From a virus: a stretch of DNA of 64,000 nucleotides. The notes beneath the pieces are model-generated. The model made no database searches, had not been told where the DNA came from, and was given only the letters and a program-made list of their open reading frames with translations. Location of the stretch: positions 62,514 through 126,513 of the IMG/VR virus record IMGVR_UViG_3300013093_000022. One strand, 5' to 3'. Both the position numbers and the translations under genes were made by a program. Of the stretch, positions 51,166 through 59,372 are shown one piece after another; the first letter of the stretch is position 1, and each line of letters starts with the position of its first letter.

Positions 51166-54104
51166 CCTAAAGGGGGGCGGCCCCTGGGGGGTTGGCGACC
51201 TTGGGACGACTTCTTCCTGCCCGGGGCGAACTTGCCGTACTGCTCATCAAACGGGTTGTCGCCCGGCTCGTGGAGATAGCCCTTCGTCAGGTTCAGCCCG
51301 TAGTTGTAGTGGCCGCCGCACTGGCTTCCCTCACTGTCGCAGTGCTCACAGCCGGGCTCCGGCTCCCCCCGCTCGAGCCGGTTCATCAGGGCGACCTCGA
51401 AAAGCTCCGGTGTGAGCTCCCCTGAGCCGACCATCTTCTTGCGGACATCGCGGAGCCGCTTCGGGAACTCGTTCATGTCAAGTATTTGCCGACCCAGGTA
51501 GTTCGCGTCGTGCGGGTGCATGCCCAGGTCCTTCAGCTTCTGGGCGTACTCAGGGGACGGCTCCCTTCCAAGCATCCCCGGGAAGTACATGGGGTAGCTG
51601 GCCGACCCGTCTCCGTAGGTGAGGCCGCTGGCGGTGCGAATCCCGGTGGAGCCGCCGCGAACGGCGGCCTCACCTAAAGGGCGGCGGCCCCTAGAGGACT
51701 TCCTCTTGCGGCGCTCTGACTTGTCCGCGCAGTCCTCGCAGTGGAAGTCCAAGTCGCCGTGACCGCCGGTCTCAGTGACGTACATCTGATCCTTGGGCAT
51801 CTCGACCCCGCAGGAGGGGCAGGAGGCGTGGTCGCCGTCGTCCCAGTTCCCGGCCTGACGGCGACGGGACGCCCCTCTCCCCTTGCAGTCGTGCGACTTG
51901 ATCATCCGCTCGGCATCGGGGCCGGTCATTGCCGCGCCGCAGTCCGGGCATTCGGCCCGGCCCGCCTGACGGCGGCGTGCGGACTTGCGGTGGGTGTCGC
52001 ACTTCTCACACGAGCCCTCGGCGCAGGGCTTGGTGCCCGGAACCCTCTTGTAGCCCTCCCAGCACTCGCAGTTCTTGGCCTGTCGCAGGCGGCGGGCCTG
52101 CATCTGCTGCGGGGCCTGCTGCCCGGCCAGACCGGCCGCAGCCGGGTCGACCTGCGGCATCCCACCGCCCTGCGGGGCACCGCCCGGCTGCTGGGGCATG
52201 ACGTTCACCGTACCCGCCGGTGGGGACACGTTCAGCGGGTTCGTCAACTGCTCGGCCTGCTGGATCGTCACCAAGGCCTGCTGCAGCGGGGCGATCGTCT
52301 CCTGGAACTCCTGGGCCTTCTCGTTCAGGACCTTCGTCAGGGCCTCGTCGGCCTGCTGCAGGTAGTTCCGGTCGGCCAAGAGGCGCAACGCGGCGTGGTG
52401 CCTGTTCGGGCGCGAGGTGTCATACCCCTCGGGAACCGGCCAGCGGGCGTCCGGGTCGCCCGGCTCGCCGCGCTCCAGTTGACCCTCGGGCCTCCCGCTG
52501 TAGGGGTTGCGGGCGTCCCCAAAGGCCCAGTCGTCGAGGTCCATGACGTTGTGCTCAGCGGCCGTGCGGCCGCCGATCATCCCGGCGATGATCTGGAACT
52601 CGCGGCTCGCGGTCGGCATCATCGGCTGCGCCGGGTTCATCGCCATGTCGGGGGTCGTCGACGGGGCCGCCGGTGTGGTGCCGGTGCCGGGCCCGCCCTG
52701 CGGGGGCATCGCCGGGGGTCCCGACGGGGCAGCCATCGGGGCGTCGGCCCGCATCAACCGGGCGATCCGATAGAACTCCGGGTACATTCCCGCCCCCTTC
52801 ACGAAGTTGTGGTCGCCGTCGTCGTCGTGGCGCTCCACCTCGTACGGGCTGGACGACCGCGAGTCGGGGCCGACGAAGTCACGGTCAACTTTGCCCTCTG
52901 CGCCCTGGTCGACCCGGCCCTTGTACGAGTCGAAGTCGCCCTCGGGCTCCAGCCGGTCGTAGGTGTGGGGCTCGTAGGTCGAGTGGTTGTCCACCTCGGG
53001 GTGGTCGCGCTCCTCCTCGAACTCGGCGTAGTAGCGGCGGCCGCCCCTGGGCATGCCGGTTTGACCCAACCCGGGGACCGGGGCGGGGGGCGGCGCTGCC
53101 GGGTTCGGGGACGGGGTGGGGCCACCGGCGGGGGGAGCGGCTGCCGCCGGTGCCCCGAGCGGCTTGTACAGCTTGTCGCCCGGGTGGATCAGGTCGGGGT
53201 TCTTCCCGATGTCGGTGCCCGACGACATAGCCCCGGTGTTGGCCTTCTCCAGGTCGCCCAGGTCGGATCCCATGCCCTTGGCGATGTTGCTCAGCGTGTC
53301 GCCCGGCTTGACCGTGTACTCGCCGTCGCCGATGCTCCCCGGGGCGATGTCGCTCGCAGACCAGGAGGGGCCGCCGCTCCCGGAGACCCCGGAGAGTGGC
53401 TTCCCGAGGCCGCCACCGGCGGCAGGAGCCCTGCCGGGGCCGGCCGCCGGACCGACTGGGACGGTGTCGCCCGAGAGGACCCCCTTGTTGTAGGCGGCCG
53501 AGTTCTCCGCCGCCGCGTTCTCCGACAGGCCGGTGGGGCTCTTGGTCGGGACCGGGACGCCGTTGTTGCGGTACACGGTCACGGGGGCACCGGGACCGCT
53601 GCTCCCAGGAGGTGGTCCGTTGGGGTTGGCCTTTGGAGCCGACTTTGGAGCCGACTGAGGGTCATTTATCCCGCCGCTATTGAATCCGTTGGCGAAACTG
53701 GCACCGCCCGCGAATGCGCCGGGTGCATCTACCGTCGGCCTCGGCGCTCGCCCCTCATCCAAGCCACCACCATTGAATCCGTTGGAGAAACTGGGCTCTT
53801 CGTTTTGATCGTCGGCCGTCCGGCGGGTCGACGCCTCGCGCCACTCCCGCTCCAGGGTCTTCAGGACCTTCTTGTACACGCCCAGCCGGGCGTGCAGGTG
53901 GGGCTCGATGGTCTTGCAGATGTCGACGTAGGCCAGCTTCGCCCGGTCGTGGAAGGCGTCCCGGTCGTGGGCACCGAACAGCCACGGCCCGTGCTTCTCC
54001 CGGACGTCGTAGGTGGCGGCCGCCAACTTGTCCTGGGCGGCCTGCTTGCGGACCTTTTCCTCGTCGTCACCGAACGACGCGACATCGAAAACACCGACGG
54101 ACAT
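51162..54104 (-). CDS. modular head-associated protein with LysM domain
   Basis: Start revised to ATG 54104 (GAAAGG RBS); YTVKPGDTLSNIA...NPDLIHPGDKL LysM at ~53160-53321; several Cys modules. Confidence 0.8.
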   Translation of the reverse strand: MSVGVFDVASFGDDEEKVRKQAAQDKLAAATYDVREKHGPWLFGAHDRDAFHDRAKLAYVDICKTIEPHLHARLGVYKKVLKTLEREWREASTRRTADDQNEEPSFSNGFNGGGLDEGRAPRPTVDAPGAFAGGASFANGFNSGGINDPQSAPKSAPKANPNGPPPGSSGPGAPVTVYRNNGVPVPTKSPTGLSENAAAENSAAYNKGVLSGDTVPVGPAAGPGRAPAAGGGLGKPLSGVSGSGGPSWSASDIAPGSIGDGEYTVKPGDTLSNIAKGMGSDLGDLEKANTGAMSSGTDIGKNPDLIHPGDKLYKPLGAPAAAAPPAGGPTPSPNPAAPPPAPVPGLGQTGMPRGGRRYYAEFEEERDHPEVDNHSTYEPHTYDRLEPEGDFDSYKGRVDQGAEGKVDRDFVGPDSRSSSPYEVERHDDDGDHNFVKGAGMYPEFYRIARLMRADAPMAAPSGPPAMPPQGGPGTGTTPAAPSTTPDMAMNPAQPMMPTASREFQIIAGMIGGRTAAEHNVMDLDDWAFGDARNPYSGRPEGQLERGEPGDPDARWPVPEGYDTSRPNRHHAALRLLADRNYLQQADEALTKVLNEKAQEFQETIAPLQQALVTIQQAEQLTNPLNVSPPAGTVNVMPQQPGGAPQGGGMPQVDPAAAGLAGQQAPQQMQARRLRQAKNCECWEGYKRVPGTKPCAEGSCEKCDTHRKSARRRQAGRAECPDCGAAMTGPDAERMIKSHDCKGRGASRRRQAGNWDDGDHASCPSCGVEMPKDQMYVTETGGHGDLDFHCEDCADKSERRKRKSSRGRRPLGEAAVRGGSTGIRTASGLTYGDGSASYPMYFPGMLGREPSPEYAQKLKDLGMHPHDANYLGRQILDMNEFPKRLRDVRKKMVGSGELTPELFEVALMNRLERGEPEPGCEHCDSEGSQCGGHYNYGLNLTKGYLHEPGDNPFDEQYGKFAPGRKKSSQGRQPPRGRPPLG

Positions 54105-54137
54105 GGGGCACCTTTCAAGAGCGGAGAAGAACAACCT

Positions 54138-54172
54138 CTACCAATTGCGTCGGTGAAACACGGGAATTACAT
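54138..54172 (-). promoter_or_regulatory. putative late promoter ATGTAA-N20-AATTGGTAG
   Basis: Bipartite motif. Confidence 0.6.
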
Positions 54173-54391
54173 CTTGAACCCGAAGCCGGCCCGGTCGTCC
54201 CAGTCCCACGTGTACCGGTCGTCGGGCGACAGGGGTGCCGTGTCCCGCTCAAACGACCCCGACTGGCCGCCTGAGATCTCTCCCGGCTCCAGTCCCCCAT
54301 CGGGCTGCTGGACCACGATCAGCGGCTTCTCGGTGAACCGGACCCCGAAGCTGAACACCTCGGCACCCAACAGGCTGAACCAGACCCTCAT
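54167..54391 (-). CDS. hypothetical protein
   Basis: 74 aa, GGAGGGGG RBS, preceded by an AATTGGTGG element (54404-54412). Confidence 0.7.
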   Translation of the reverse strand: MRVWFSLLGAEVFSFGVRFTEKPLIVVQQPDGGLEPGEISGGQSGSFERDTAPLSPDDRYTWDWDDRAGFGFKM

Positions 54392-54454
54392 GGCGTCCCC
54401 CTCCCACCAATTACGGTCAGGAGAGGGGCGCGAAAACGGTCCCGGAGAAGACTA

Positions 54455-54482
54455 CCGGCGACGGATTGGAGTAAATCGCCGG
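54455..54482 (-). terminator. possible intrinsic terminator
   Basis: CCGGCGA/TCGCCGG stem followed by TAGTCTTCT, downstream of the phosphoesterase. Confidence 0.35.
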
Positions 54483-54530
54483 GACTCGACGGGACCGCTT
54501 CCAGAAGCCACGGTAGCAGCAAGAGAGGTC

Positions 54531-55700
54531 CTAGACAACGGTCAGATAGGACGGGGTCCCCGACTCCAACAGGTACACCAGGCCGCCCCGCCGCGACGTC
54601 GACCCGTGCTTGTCCCGGTACCAGTCGGAGCCGCAGTCGTAGGTCGAGGCGCTGATCGCGACCCGGTTCTCGTTCGACCGGACCTGCATCTCATGCCAGT
54701 GGCCGAACTGGAGCAACTGTGCCGCCCCGGGGGGCTGGTTGTTGATCGCCTGCTGGGCCCACCAGGTGAAGGCCTGGTTGCGCGACCACTGGTGGCCGTG
54801 GGTAACGCAGACGGCGGTGTTGCCGACCGGGACGGTCATCATCCCGCACCACTTGTCAGGGGTCCTCACCTCGACATGGCCGTACGACCCCTTGTTCATC
54901 CGCAGGGCGTCGGACACCTGGATCGCGCACTCGGTGGCCCACCCGTTGCCGGGGTACACGTTCTGCACCCTCGTGGCCTCGTCGTGGTTGCCGTTCACCA
55001 CGTCCAGGTAGACCCGGTCAACCAGCGGGGCGAACTCCTCGACCGTGTGCATCATCAGGCGACGGAAGATACGGACCTGCTCGGTGATCGGCTCCTGGGT
55101 CAGCCAGATGTTCTTGCTCGACTGGGACACCACGCCCTCGATGCAGTCGCCGGGCATCGAGATCTGAATCCCCTCAATACCCAGCCTCTTCAGGTTCTTG
55201 AAGTGCTGCTTCGCCAGGGACACCGAGTCGATGTAGCGTTCCACGATCTGCTCTGTCGACCCGTCCCTTGACCGCTTGCCGATCTGCAGGTCCGAGGCCT
55301 GGAACACGAACCAGTGCGGGCCCGACCCGGGGGCGGGTGACTTGCGGGACCTGTCGACGACCGCCTCGATGTCGACCGCCGACGACATGGCCGGGTTGAC
55401 GCACGCGAACTTGTAGGCGTGCAGCCACACCGTCTCGTACTCGCCGGTGTCCTTGTCGCGGGACCTCTGCTGCCAATGGGATTGTTTGAGGACCGAGCCC
55501 AGTTTGATTTTCTCCGGGTCCTCACCGGCCGACTCCAGGGCCTGCCGGAACATGGGGCTGAAGTCGGTGGGCGGGTCGCCCCGCAGGACCCCGGTCTCCC
55601 ACACCCCCGACGACCCGTCGAACTCGATCCTCGGTGAATACGAGGACTCCTGGGCCTCTGTCCGTGCCTTGGAGATGTCGTCGGCGGCGCTCACAATCAA
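54531..55700 (-). CDS. calcineurin-like metallophosphoesterase (MRE11-like)
   Basis: SDLQ, GDCIEG, GNHDE, HGH, GHWH motifs in the canonical order. Confidence 0.88.
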   Translation of the reverse strand: MIVSAADDISKARTEAQESSYSPRIEFDGSSGVWETGVLRGDPPTDFSPMFRQALESAGEDPEKIKLGSVLKQSHWQQRSRDKDTGEYETVWLHAYKFACVNPAMSSAVDIEAVVDRSRKSPAPGSGPHWFVFQASDLQIGKRSRDGSTEQIVERYIDSVSLAKQHFKNLKRLGIEGIQISMPGDCIEGVVSQSSKNIWLTQEPITEQVRIFRRLMMHTVEEFAPLVDRVYLDVVNGNHDEATRVQNVYPGNGWATECAIQVSDALRMNKGSYGHVEVRTPDKWCGMMTVPVGNTAVCVTHGHQWSRNQAFTWWAQQAINNQPPGAAQLLQFGHWHEMQVRSNENRVAISASTYDCGSDWYRDKHGSTSRRGGLVYLLESGTPSYLTVV

Positions 55701-55948
55701 CCCCTATTCAGCAGGCATTCCCGTACGTGCTTACGGAAAGTGGAGGCCTGAACCTTCAGGCCGTGAGGTTGGAGAATGGTAAGTAGCTTCTCCCGGGAGA
55801 GGCCGTCGTGGATCCACGACTCGACCTCGTCAATGAGCTGTCGGTCCTGACCCTCGAGCCAGGCACAGACCGTGCAGAGGTGGGGCTTGGTGAGCTGCTC
55901 GCGCCCTAGGCGAATGTCTTCGAGGATAGACATGGGGCGATCATACAC
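55697..55948 (-). CDS. small Zn/HTH protein
   Basis: CTVC...FRKHVREC; typical partner upstream of phage metallophosphoesterases; start may be 55933. Confidence 0.7.
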   Translation of the reverse strand: MYDRPMSILEDIRLGREQLTKPHLCTVCAWLEGQDRQLIDEVESWIHDGLSREKLLTILQPHGLKVQASTFRKHVRECLLNRG

Positions 55949-55980
55949 AAGTTGTCCACAGATGCACCAACAGCCACTTC

Positions 55981-56946
55981 TCAGTAGCCGCGCCGGTGGG
56001 GCAGGGAGTTGCCGAGGGAGACCATGTCGCCGATGCAGGCATCCATCTGGGGGTAGTAGAGCCAGTGGGGGGCGTTGGTCCCGGCCGCGAAGAAAATCAA
56101 ACCGTTTATGATCTCCTCCACCATTCCGATGGGGGTGAAAAGTGCTGCTGCGATTTCGATGGTGTTCACGAAAGTCGGGTTCTGGATCTCACGGAATATG
56201 AGGTTGCCGACCCTTCCAGCGGAGGCAATGGCAGTCCACGGATTCATCCCTGTAGGGGCGGCCGTATAGATGTCCCCGTGATTGGCGCACGAATTGACCA
56301 GCCACGCCCCGTCGGGTGCCTTCATGTTCGCGATGTCGGGGGTGTAGTCCAGGTTGCCGCCGATGCCGCCGGTCTCCACGCCGTCCTGCTCAATGTCCTC
56401 GCTCAGACCAGCCAGCGCATTCCCGTGAGCGATCCCCGGGCACCTAAAAGGGTCACCGAAAAGGTAAATCCGGTAAAAACAGGGCAATAAATGGGCGTGG
56501 GCACCGCTAACATTTAATACATAATTTCTGAAATAGGACATTACGCTCATGGCACCCTGGCTGTAACCGCTCATAGTGATGACGAAGCCATTCATGTTTC
56601 CATGCTGGGCGTACCAGTTGGCGGCGTCGTATTGAATGGACGTCGCCAGATTGGCGGCACCGGTCGCGTACGAACTCCCCATCGGGATTGTTTGGGCCGG
56701 GTAGCCGATCATCCTCGACGCCCACAGCCCGTCCTGGACGTTCATCAGGCCACCGGCGATGCCCGACGAGAAACCAGACCAGGTGCCGGGGTTGCCCTGG
56801 CCGTCGGTGCCGTCGCCTAAAATCACCGCCGGGGGGTCCGGTGCCCCCGGGTAGGCGGTTCCGTCGACGGCGTAGAAGTAGCCCGCCGGGGCGTAGTCGA
56901 GGCCGTTCCCCGCCGCCCGGACGTTGACGAACAGGCTACTGGTCAC
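55981..56946 (-). CDS. lysB: lysin B (cutinase-like mycolyl-arabinogalactan esterase)
   Basis: GYSQGA nucleophile elbow, FGDPFR, GDIY, C-terminal PH. Confidence 0.85.
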   Translation of the reverse strand: MTSSLFVNVRAAGNGLDYAPAGYFYAVDGTAYPGAPDPPAVILGDGTDGQGNPGTWSGFSSGIAGGLMNVQDGLWASRMIGYPAQTIPMGSSYATGAANLATSIQYDAANWYAQHGNMNGFVITMSGYSQGAMSVMSYFRNYVLNVSGAHAHLLPCFYRIYLFGDPFRCPGIAHGNALAGLSEDIEQDGVETGGIGGNLDYTPDIANMKAPDGAWLVNSCANHGDIYTAAPTGMNPWTAIASAGRVGNLIFREIQNPTFVNTIEIAAALFTPIGMVEEIINGLIFFAAGTNAPHWLYYPQMDACIGDMVSLGNSLPHRRGY

Positions 56947-57313
56947 GGCTGCCCAGGGCCTCGTTCAGGGGGCTGGCCGCCTTGGGCGAGGAGGATTGGT
57001 TGTTGACGCTGAGATGCTCGTCGTCGTTGATGTGCGGGTTCTGCGACAACAACCACTTGGTGCAGGTCCTGACCATGTCGTAGAGGTCGTACTCATTCCC
57101 GTCGGCTAGGGTTGCGGTTCTGGTCAGCAGCTTGGCGAGGCTGGTGATCTGGTCCCACCGCGACGGGGAGACGTTGGAGCCCTCCGGGTTGGCGTAGTCC
57201 ACGGCCCGGCCGAACATATGGGCGTCGTAGAACATGGCCACCAGGGCGTAGGGGAGGGCATTGGTGCCGTCGGTGCCGTTCCCGGCGTTGCTCACGTCCT
57301 GGTCCGCGCTCAT
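56936..57313 (-). CDS. hypothetical protein in lysis region
   Basis: Start revised to ATG 57313 (MSADQDVS), ATGA overlap. Confidence 0.7.
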   Translation of the reverse strand: MSADQDVSNAGNGTDGTNALPYALVAMFYDAHMFGRAVDYANPEGSNVSPSRWDQITSLAKLLTRTATLADGNEYDLYDMVRTCTKWLLSQNPHINDDEHLSVNNQSSSPKAASPLNEALGSRDQ

Positions 57314-57723
57314 TTCCTGTTTCCCTCTTCTTCTTCGTCGATCAAAAGGTCCGCCAGGAGCTCCTCCGGCGGCTCCGGCCTGTCCTTGTGGTCGGTCCAG
57401 TTGTCGTCCACCCACTGCATGACCCTCCGCAGGTACGAGAGGGCGAGCGCATACATGCGGCCGACGTGGGCGGCACGCTGCTCGGCGACGTCGCTGCGGG
57501 CCTCGGCGATCGCCAGGCGGCGCTCGACGTCGGCCAGCCTCTGCGAGAGCGCGGTCGTGAACGAGGCCCAGTCGGCGGTGGCCGCCTGGCGCTCGTGGGC
57601 GCGGGCGCTCATCAGGACCGCCTCGATCTTCTTCTTCCCGGCGCGGCGACCCAACTCGGGTGCCAGGATCACCCCCAGAAAGGTCAGCAGGGGGCCGAGG
57701 TAGTTGACGACGTTGTGCCACAC
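57310..57723 (-). CDS. membrane-anchored coiled-coil lysis accessory protein
   Basis: N-terminal TM helix, coiled coil, W...PEPPEEL end typical of actinophage lysis cassettes. Confidence 0.75.
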   Translation of the reverse strand: MWHNVVNYLGPLLTFLGVILAPELGRRAGKKKIEAVLMSARAHERQAATADWASFTTALSQRLADVERRLAIAEARSDVAEQRAAHVGRMYALALSYLRRVMQWVDDNWTDHKDRPEPPEELLADLLIDEEEEGNRK

Positions 57724-57739
57724 GGTGATCGCCCCCGGC

Positions 57740-58450
57740 TTAGATGAACATGAGTTCGGGCGGGAAGTCCTGGTTGCTGGGTCGGGCCGCAGCGGTCCTC
57801 ACGGGCGGCCTGTGCAGGGTGCTGACCTTGCGGACGAAGGCGGCTGTGATCGCCCGGGAGCGGGCCCGTGGGAGGGTGCTGGTGGCCTCTTGGGCGAAGT
57901 TGGCGGCCCGGGTCTGGAGCTCGTCGAGCGGTACCCGGTGGGCACGGGCGAACTTGGCGGCCTCGAGGTCGACGAAACGCCGGTCGGCGGGGGACAGATT
58001 AGCCTCGGCCCGGTGTTTGCCCTTGTAATCGCCGTCGAGGGCAATGTCGGCGAAGTCCAGCCCCTTGCCGTTCTCGCCCCAATAATGGTCGGTCATCAAC
58101 GAGTCGTACGGCTCGTCGGACATGGTGTGCCGCCACGGCTCGTCGGGGTCGGTGTCGTGCTTTCCCGCCCCCCTGTCGGCACCGGCGGTCAACAAATGGC
58201 GGCGCAGTCCGGTCAGGGCCGAGAGCTGCTGCTCCAGTTCCGCGACACGATCCAGAGAAGCAGCCGAGAAGCCAGCCGACCCGATCCTCGCCTGAGCAGA
58301 GCCGAGGAGGCGGCGACACAGTCCCAGGCGACGGTCGACAGACTCGACGCTGCCGTCAAACCAAACTTCAGCCTCCCGACGCCATTGGGCGGCCGGAGAA
58401 ATAGCTGCCTTAGACCTAGCATATTCAGCCTCGGATTGGATTCGCACCAC
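57740..58450 (-). CDS. hypothetical head-associated protein with leader-like N-terminus
   Basis: 236 aa; MVRIQSEAEYARSKAA; ends DFPPELMFI, similar to the protease/scaffold end DTDSALFF. Confidence 0.7.
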   Translation of the reverse strand: MVRIQSEAEYARSKAAISPAAQWRREAEVWFDGSVESVDRRLGLCRRLLGSAQARIGSAGFSAASLDRVAELEQQLSALTGLRRHLLTAGADRGAGKHDTDPDEPWRHTMSDEPYDSLMTDHYWGENGKGLDFADIALDGDYKGKHRAEANLSPADRRFVDLEAAKFARAHRVPLDELQTRAANFAQEATSTLPRARSRAITAAFVRKVSTLHRPPVRTAAARPSNQDFPPELMFI

Positions 58451-58457
58451 GACCTCC

Positions 58458-58492
58458 TCACCTGTTCCAAATGAAATCAGGGGTTATTACAG
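58458..58492 (-). promoter_or_regulatory. putative late promoter CTGTAA-N20-AACAGGTGA
   Basis: Bipartite motif directly followed by GAGGAGG RBS. Confidence 0.65.
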
Positions 58493-58753
58493 GGAGGTCG
58501 GCTTGTCCTTCTCCGGCGAACGGCGGTAGCAGTAGACGACCTCGTCGTCCACGGTCCTGACCCCGTCAAAGACATACGCCAGAGTCCGGGACTTCTCATA
58601 CGCGACCTTCTGGGCGAGGGGGCTGCGGACCGTCTGCCGGATCTCCTCCATCACCGTCAACGGCACGGCGAAGAACACGCTGGGCCGCTCAGGGGCGTTG
58701 ACCTCCTGGGTCAGGCCGTCGCACTCCCCACCGTACAAGGTGACTCTCAGCAT
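58487..58753 (-). CDS. hypothetical protein
   Basis: Start revised to ATG 58753 (MLRVTLYGGECDG); AATAGGTGA at 58788-58796. Confidence 0.7.
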   Translation of the reverse strand: MLRVTLYGGECDGLTQEVNAPERPSVFFAVPLTVMEEIRQTVRSPLAQKVAYEKSRTLAYVFDGVRTVDDEVVYCYRRSPEKDKPTSL

Positions 58754-58815
58754 CGCCCCGCCCCCCTCTCCCGGCACCGAGCCGCGCTCACCTATTAGGG
58801 AAGGGGGGAAGGCGG

Positions 58816-59028
58816 TCATGTCTCCCGCAGGCCCGGGTCGTAGTCGGGGTCCGGGGCCGGGCCCCAATTGTAGCCCGAGTCCTCGTCGTCGGCGGCCCGC
58901 TTCAGCACAGGGCCGACCCTCAACGGGTCTACGTGATAGGCGTGGTCAGGAGAGGGGCAGTCGTCCAGGTCCTGAAACCTCATGACGCGCTGGGACTGCC
59001 CCCGCTGGGTCGCGACTTCTCTGAGCAT
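58816..59028 (-). CDS. hypothetical protein
   Basis: 70 aa, GAGAGGAAGG RBS; contains LKRAADDED motif. Confidence 0.6.
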   Translation of the reverse strand: MLREVATQRGQSQRVMRFQDLDDCPSPDHAYHVDPLRVGPVLKRAADDEDSGYNWGPAPDPDYDPGLRET

Positions 59029-59049
59029 GGCCTTCCTCTCCCTGCCCCG

Positions 59050-59358
59050 CTAGGGGCCTCGTTGACCTAGGATCTGGCTCAGCGGGACATTCTGGAAATA
59101 GCCGTGCGGGGTGCTCACCAGAACCGAGAGGCTCGACGGGTACACGTAGACGACACGGCAATGGGGAAGGACCATCCCATTGGTCGTCACCCAGTTGATG
59201 TAGTCGCCCAGGTTCGGGCACGGCCCCACATCGGGGGCCGACTCCAGCATGTCCAGCTCGGCCCACATGGCGTCGGAATCAACGGTCTGCCTCATGCGAA
59301 TCACCACCATAGTCATCAAAGGGAAAATGCCAGTGGACACCATAACAGGACCCCCCAC
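59050..59358 (-). CDS. hypothetical protein (start uncertain)
   Basis: SH3-like C-terminal part; true start probably downstream of 59358. Confidence 0.5.
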   Translation of the reverse strand: MGGPVMVSTGIFPLMTMVVIRMRQTVDSDAMWAELDMLESAPDVGPCPNLGDYINWVTTNGMVLPHCRVVYVYPSSLSVLVSTPHGYFQNVPLSQILGQRGP

Positions 59359-59372
59359 CCGGGGCGCAATAC

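Noticed and set aside
53628-53795. Short tandem and near repeats (SAPKSAPK; SFSNGFNGGG/SFANGFNSGG)
   Set aside because: Local duplications in a low-complexity linker with no evidence of a separate function
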